Assembly (NCBI GenBank): GCA_951406725.2
Contig: OX597821.1
Coordinates: 16,368,001-16,432,000, forward strand
Source of the DNA: Octopus vulgaris
Lineage: Eukaryota
Direction of reading: 5' to 3'
Length of the DNA: 64,000 nucleotides
The notes beneath the pieces were generated by a model, which was given only the letters and a program-made list of their open reading frames with translations, did no database searches and was not told the DNA's origin. Both the position numbers and the translations under genes were made by a program. This document shows positions 57,876 through 64,000 of this stretch, in pieces (positions within the stretch are counted from its first letter, which is position 1; each line of letters opens with the position of its first letter).

Positions 57876-59822
57876 GTCTTTGAGGAAATAAGGAGAGTAG
57901 TAGTAGAAGAAGAAGACGAAAATAAGAAGAAGACGAAAAGAAAAAGAAGAAGAAAAGAAGAAGAAGAAGAAGAAGAAGAAGAAGAAAAAGAAAAAGAAAA
58001 AAAGAAGAAGAAGAAGAACTAGCGTAGAAGAGCAAAAGAAGGAAAAGAAGAATTCTACAATCGACTAGCCTATTTCTATTTGTAGGCCTTATTAACTAAT
58101 TTTACAAATATTAAGAATTAATTGATTTCTATTGATATTTATTATATTCTTGTTGTTGTTGCTGTTTATTGTTTTTATTGTTGCTGCGGTTGGACAAAAT
58201 GTTTAGCGGCATTCCTTCCATCTTATCTCGTCCTGAGTTCATTCGTCGACAACAGCATTGCTTTAAGCTTCTAGTTTTCGATAAAGTAAAGTACCAGTCA
58301 TGTTAAATGGAAAAGGTTAAAGCTATGGCACGGTGTCCTGTATCTCTGAAATATAAGTCTCAGTTTAAACGGGCTGAAATTGTTCGACATACTCCTCGTA
58401 ATATAGTACAAGAGTCAGAGAAATACATAATTAACAATTATTGACATAAGAAAGGTTTTAAATTATGTATGTCAATGACCTGAGGTTTGCAGTACGAAAG
58501 AAGTTTAACAAAAGGTGTGAGGTGGTCAAAATGGATGTTCAAGTTTTTAGTGACAGACGTCCGTCACAGAGCCATACAGAAGATCTGTTTTGTAGACATC
58601 CCTGTGACACAAAGGACATGAATTTGAAAATACAGAGTAGGAAGCTTGGTTGTTACATTCATCGGAGTAAAATTTATCTCTGAGCTGAATGCACGAAATA
58701 CTAAGTTTAAATCAAAAACAAAGAAGAGTACTGAAGAACAGCAGCAAAACGAACAAAGTATGTCCAGTTTCCTGGGCAAAAATAATCTAAGAATGGCTAG
58801 TGAAATATATTTCTGCTATATAAATATAGACGGTTCGTTGGACACAGTGTGAGACGACTGTTGTTATCGTTAGGCCTAACACATTGTAAAGTCAATACCA
58901 CCATGACCGATATCCAAACTACAGTGGAGAAGGCTAGCCACTGGATTTGGTTAAAAAGAGACGATGAGCAATGGCCTGAAGAATATTGAGCATTATTTGA
59001 TAACCAGCTGATCTAGCAAGCGGAGCCTCATATCAGTGAGAGGGGGGTGCGGTGCACATTGATGCCGTCGAGAGGTAGGCCCCGAAACGGTGCGGATTCT
59101 CTCCTGATGACCCCATACACTTGCTGGCTTTCGTTATGCGGAGTTTTTGACTGGTAGCACTTGCATGTGCAAGTTATTTGCAAGACATCTGAAATACTTG
59201 GGCTGTTATTTCGTCTGTAAGTGGGCGAACCTGTGCTAAGAAAACTTCACCTTGCAAATTGAAAGGTGGAGCTGAAAACCGTCTAATACACAATCTGACC
59301 CACGTATTTGTCACACTGATATTCCATAAAATCTTCGTTAAAAACGTTTCTGAGAATATTCAGTCAATAATTCCATAATCGCATTGTCCAGGTAATCGAA
59401 CACGTGGATGCTCAAACGCAGGACTTGTAGTGAATGTCAGTCATAATATTCAATTTGTATTCTCTATGTGCGCGCATATATACTTAAGTGTGTTCATAAA
59501 TAATGCTTTCTGTGGATCAGTGCATGTATGCGTGTGAATCTGTGAATGTGTAAGTCAGCCATATTTAGCCACTGTTTCTATTTGCTTGTTTCATTCTATC
59601 ACACACACCATATAATATTGATGTAGAATTCACAAACTAATATTTCTTGACTGATTTCAGATTCATAAAGCGTTCCTGAAATTTTAATAGGAGGACTTTT
59701 TTAGTATGTAAGGTCAATAAAATTTTCATCAAAATCAACAATCAATTAAAAAAAAGTTTTCACAGAGTTGTCACGACGCAAGCTGTAAATTAACTCGGAA
59801 AGTGTATTTCTTTTGAAATACA

Positions 59823-59919
<97 letters not shown>

Positions 59920-60764
59920 TTAAGTATCACATTCATTTGTATGTATTTCATTTTAATTTCCGTCGTATCACACACGTTTATAAGTCACAGATAAATAGTA
60001 AATATTTAACAAATGCAACTATAATGGTAAAGATCAATTACGTGATGATAGTGATAATGGTGGTGGTGTTGGAGATGGCGTTGCCGGCGGCGGAAGTGGT
60101 GGTGATCCTGGAGGAGGAGGAGGAGGAGAAGAAGATATCTAATTGATTATCAGTATCTAAATTCATACTTCACGACGAAAAATAAGCATATGTCATAAAA
60201 ATTCAAACATCTCGATGATGACAAAAAAGATAACGGCACAATAAATGGTTAACAAAACAAACAGGGAAAAAATGTAAATTAAAATAAGAAATGCATTCCA
60301 TAATAAAATTCGAAGCAGGCTGATGACTTCCAGAACGATAAGAATAATGTTTTGTTATAATATATTTTGCATAATTTCCATTTCGTTAATGCTGTCTCAA
60401 ATATATTGAAAACTATTCAGTCGCATACACAAAATAAACCTGACGTAAAATAGCTGAGAGCAAAAATAAGAATAATACAAAGCATAGTGTATGAAATAAA
60501 ATAGTCTTCGAAAAACAAATGAGTCGATATTTCCCTGAGAGATATTAGTCTATTAAACGGAAGCCAAGTTATGTTAGGAATGTAAAGAGGAGAAAATATT
60601 ACATTAATTAATGTGACTTATGTGAGGAAGACAAGAAAGTTTAACTTACTGAATAATATTGTTTTATTACGGTTTTGTCAAAGTCAAGAGAGAATTCAAA
60701 ACATGGTTGCATCTAAAGAGGAGCAGATGCGTTTTTCTTTTTTAATTGCCACCTACACATGTTA

Positions 60765-61298
60765 ATAATGGACGCAGTACCAGACAGTGGCTCTCATAGC
60801 TTCTGGTTTTTTAACCGACTGGTAATGTTATCAAGCACATCTTTAGTCTTAGAATAAAAGATGGGCTACTGCAAATATTTTGCTCAATACCACAGGTTAG
60901 CTTGTCAGTTGCTTCACATTAACCAGTTGATCATTGTATCTCTGATCACGAGCAGACGTAGTGCGGGTGCATCACAGCCATATGTTCAGAGGCATTCTTT
61001 GGAGTTTGAATTATTCACTCCTAGAACCATGGATGTTTTGTTCATCATCCTTAAAAAACCTTATTCAGGGACCTTTTGAGCAGGATGGGCTACTCGACCT
61101 GAAGAAAATTCTAACTGGGCCCCACCTTCAAACATATGCGCTGTTTCTCTTGATATGAGATCCCCATGTCTCGCATATATGGTTGTGATGCATGTGCCTG
61201 GTGTACACTTATCAGACGATTAGTCGCGATGTGTTACTTGGGTTTCGTATGTTTATAACATGGTGTCACGTTGATGGCATGCATTGCTCACTCATTAA
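60765..61298. mobile_element. Second copy of the ~560-bp (TAA)n-associated repeat
   Basis: Colinear with 27464-28024, with an internal deletion; followed by (TAA)n. Confidence 0.8.
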
Positions 61299-61758
61299 TA
61301 ATAATAATAATAACAGCAAAGACAGGGATATCCTCCTAACTTTAATTAGGGAAAAAATATTTACTTATACACTATATTAAAGCGAGAGAAAACATTAGCA
61401 AAATTTTTTTAATTATATTAATATGAACAGGAAAGCATGGAATAAGCTCCGGACTTGGTTTCGGCTTTCTAAATCTTCATTTTGCCTCAATTGCCTTATT
61501 TCTAATAAGTCAATCACTGAGGTCAACTTTGCCTTTCATCCTTTCGGGGTCGATAAATAAAGTACCAGTTTCGCACTGGGGGCGATATAGTCGACTCAAT
61601 CCCTTCGTCTGTCCTTGTTTGTCCCCTCTATGTTTAGCCCGTTGTGGGCAGTAAAGAAATATATATAAATACACACAAAGTTATGATTCTCATAATGAAT
61701 AAAATAAAGGTGGCGAGCTTGCTGGATCGTTATGGAATCGGACAAAAATTTTAATGGA

Positions 61759-61858
61759 NNNNNNNNNNNNNNNNNNNNNNNNNNNNNNNNNNNNNNNNNN
61801 NNNNNNNNNNNNNNNNNNNNNNNNNNNNNNNNNNNNNNNNNNNNNNNNNNNNNNNNNN
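61759..61858. other. Assembly gap (100 N)
   Basis: Run of N; contiguity across it is unverified. Confidence 0.99.
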
Positions 61859-61884
61859 CAATATGTTACATTACTCGGTAGTCA

Positions 61885-61947
61885 AGATAAAACTCTGAGT
61901 TTCAGATGCCGAAGTGGAAATCCACAACACCATCTCTTCGGTTATCT
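61885..61947 (-). ncRNA. Type I hammerhead-like motif in the Penelope 3' pseudo-LTR (U4C core variant)
   Basis: Minus strand reads AGATAA-CCGAAGA-GATG...CATC-t-GAAA-CTCAGAG-TT|TTATCT. 6-bp stem I, 4-bp stem II, near-palindromic helix III; same strand as the ORF. Confidence 0.72.
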
Positions 61948-62142
61948 GGCTATTTGAAAACGTTATGAAAAAATACCGTTAAAAATGAAGGGAAATTACT
62001 CTGTTATAACTCTGCTTTGCCTGCGTACTTATACATCGCTCGCATTTTTCGTCATAAAAATTATATAAAAATACATAAAAAATATATAAAAATATATAAA
62101 AATATATAAAATCTTCTTGGGACATAACACAGAAAGCATGTT

Positions 62143-63985
62143 CTATCCGTTTTCTTTAGGGGACCAAAAACGTAACAGAAATTTAGTCACATGTGGGCAT
62201 GATCCGAAAAGTTCTGTCCTTGTATTTAGACATGTGGTAGGGTCTAAGCTGCTTTTCCAGATAAGCCATCTCTCCATGTCGCATAAACCGCACCTTCCGC
62301 TGCCGTTAGTATAGGGCTTACATCTGGCCAAAATCTTCCATTGTATGTTATAATCGACACCTTTATCTCTTAAAGACCAAATATGATTGGATAATTGTGT
62401 CGCTTTTCTTTTGTTCCAGTGCCTAAAGCTCAAAGTGTGGTTATTGAACCTGGTCTTGAAATTACCCTCTGTCAGGCCCACGTATTTCTTCGTCAAAACG
62501 GTGTCTTTAGTGGTTATAGAGTTTACGGTAGCCTCATATATGATGGTCTTGGACATGCAAGCTCCATTTAGCGGGCACAATTCTTTATTCCTGCATGAAC
62601 AGCTGTTTTCTTCTTGTGTTTTTTGTATGTTATGATTGATTATGTTTTTAAAATTGGTAGTTGAACTAAAACTAATTTTTAAATTGTGTCTATTGAAGAG
62701 TTTCCTATAAGCATGGTTAACTGGAAAATGTCTATCTATCAGTGCTAGGAAATATTTACCTATATTGAAGGCCACCTCGGGTGAGTAAGGGGGCGTAAAC
62801 CAGATGACCTTCCTATTTCTATTATTCCTTTTCCTTATTGTTGGGCTGGTGATAGGTGTATATTTTATTTTTTCGCTAAAACCACTATCTTTTAAAGCTT
62901 TATTATAAACTGGGGCAACGCTATTGAAGATGTCCTCATTAGATGAGAGGCTAGAAATCCTATTACTAATATTTTTAACTAAATTTTTGAATACTATAGG
63001 GGGATGGCATGAACCTACATTAATATAACTTAGTCTATCATTGGGCTTCCTATAAGGCTTATAAATATTATTATTAAGATCTAAGGAAACGTCTAAGAAA
63101 TTGACAACCGTCAGGTTAGTGTCTATAGTTATACTAAGTCCGAAGTGTTTCATTAACTGGATAATATCCTTCCTAAAACGATCTTGTGCTGGTCCATTTG
63201 TATTAGCTGTTAAGGCGAGGGCATCATCTTTGTAGATGGCGAAATGTACGTTAGGGAATGTCTTACTGAAGGTATCTAGGAGAAAGAGTCCAATTAGATC
63301 ACAGATGCCTGCCCCATCATATGAACCCATGCTCACATCGAAAGCGCCCTCCGTGTCGGTGTTTTTTACCCACTTTGCATTCTCACTGAAAAGTAATGTC
63401 TTTCTAGCATGGAAGATTATATCCTTATCATTGGTACTAATTTCTATGAAGTCACTAGCGAAGATTAGGGCTTTATCTAGCAGTTCTTTAGAGATAGAGG
63501 CATAAAAATCAACAATATCGAATTGTGTAAACCTCGCTTTTTTCTTATTCTTAATAGCTTTAAACCAGTCTACGACTTCTATACTATTGGACCATTGCAC
63601 TAGCCTAGTATCGCTCTTAATTTTCGTATTTATTTTATCTAAAATTTCTTTGCTAATAATCCCTAGTTCTGACTTGGCTGGGTTGATAAGCCTACATTTA
63701 GGATTGGAAAAGGAAGTTTTCTTTGTGGTCTTTAATAGTAATAAAGGCCTCTTTTTGGGGGAGGGTTTCTATTTTTTTATCTAATTTAAGTTTAGCGGCG
63801 ATGACGCTAGCTTCTTTATTAATTTCGTTATATGTCTGTGCCCTAGCTTTAGTATAATTATTAATGATGCTGTTGTGTAAGAGTTGTGTGTATTTGCTGT
63901 TATCTACCAGGTATAAGTTCTTGGTTTTATCCGAAAAAAGTGCTTTTTTCTTGGAGCTTTTTATATGATCAATATCTTTCTTCAA
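62143..63985 (-). pseudogene. Penelope-like RT/GIY-YIG ORF with one frameshift near 63710
   Basis: KDHKENF / NPKCRLINPAKSELG, FDIVDFYASI, MGSYDGA, YKDD, NFLDV, YRKP, linker CSCRNKELCPLNGAC, IIY...YVGLTEGNFKTRFNNH, CGLC..E, LN.R.E...CPH. Confidence 0.92.
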
Positions 63986-64000
63986 TTTATGTTGGAAATT

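Larger units (their letters stand above)
61859..64000 (-). mobile_element. Penelope-like element (RT plus C-terminal GIY-YIG), running off the window end
   Basis: ORF pieces 63698-63985 and 62143-~63720, then a T-rich 3' tract and a hammerhead motif. Confidence 0.92.

Noticed and set aside
59084-59114. GAAA...CTGATGA as a permuted hammerhead
   Set aside because: The would-be stem II arms (cccc and cccc) are not complementary, and stems I and III do not form.

Overview
AT-rich, microsatellite-dense animal genomic DNA. The SINE, LINE and microsatellite content is most consistent with an Octopus-type cephalopod genome (inference). The window is mostly intronic or intergenic, and nearly all ORF-track entries are (TA)n, (GATA)n or (TAA)n artefacts. 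Supported content: (1) A near full-length APE-RT LINE on the minus strand (~10667-15498). Its ORF1 combines a Myb/SANT-like trihelix and a CCCH finger, it has an 87-bp 5' monomer array, and its 3' hairpin is shared, with compensatory changes, by a local tRNA-SINE. (2) A Penelope-like RT + GIY-YIG element at the right edge. (3) Minimal type I hammerhead ribozyme motifs: one downstream of the Penelope ORF, two in a 190-bp inverted repeat flanking a (TA)n array, and two degenerate ones. (4) R4/Dong-like fragments at (TAA)n sites, CR1-like 3' fragments, mariner and DD37D relics, a non-autonomous Helitron and several SINE families. (5) One convincing host exon, a signal-peptide exon on the minus strand at 17403-17469. 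All calls were made by eye; no database searches or folding calculations were run.
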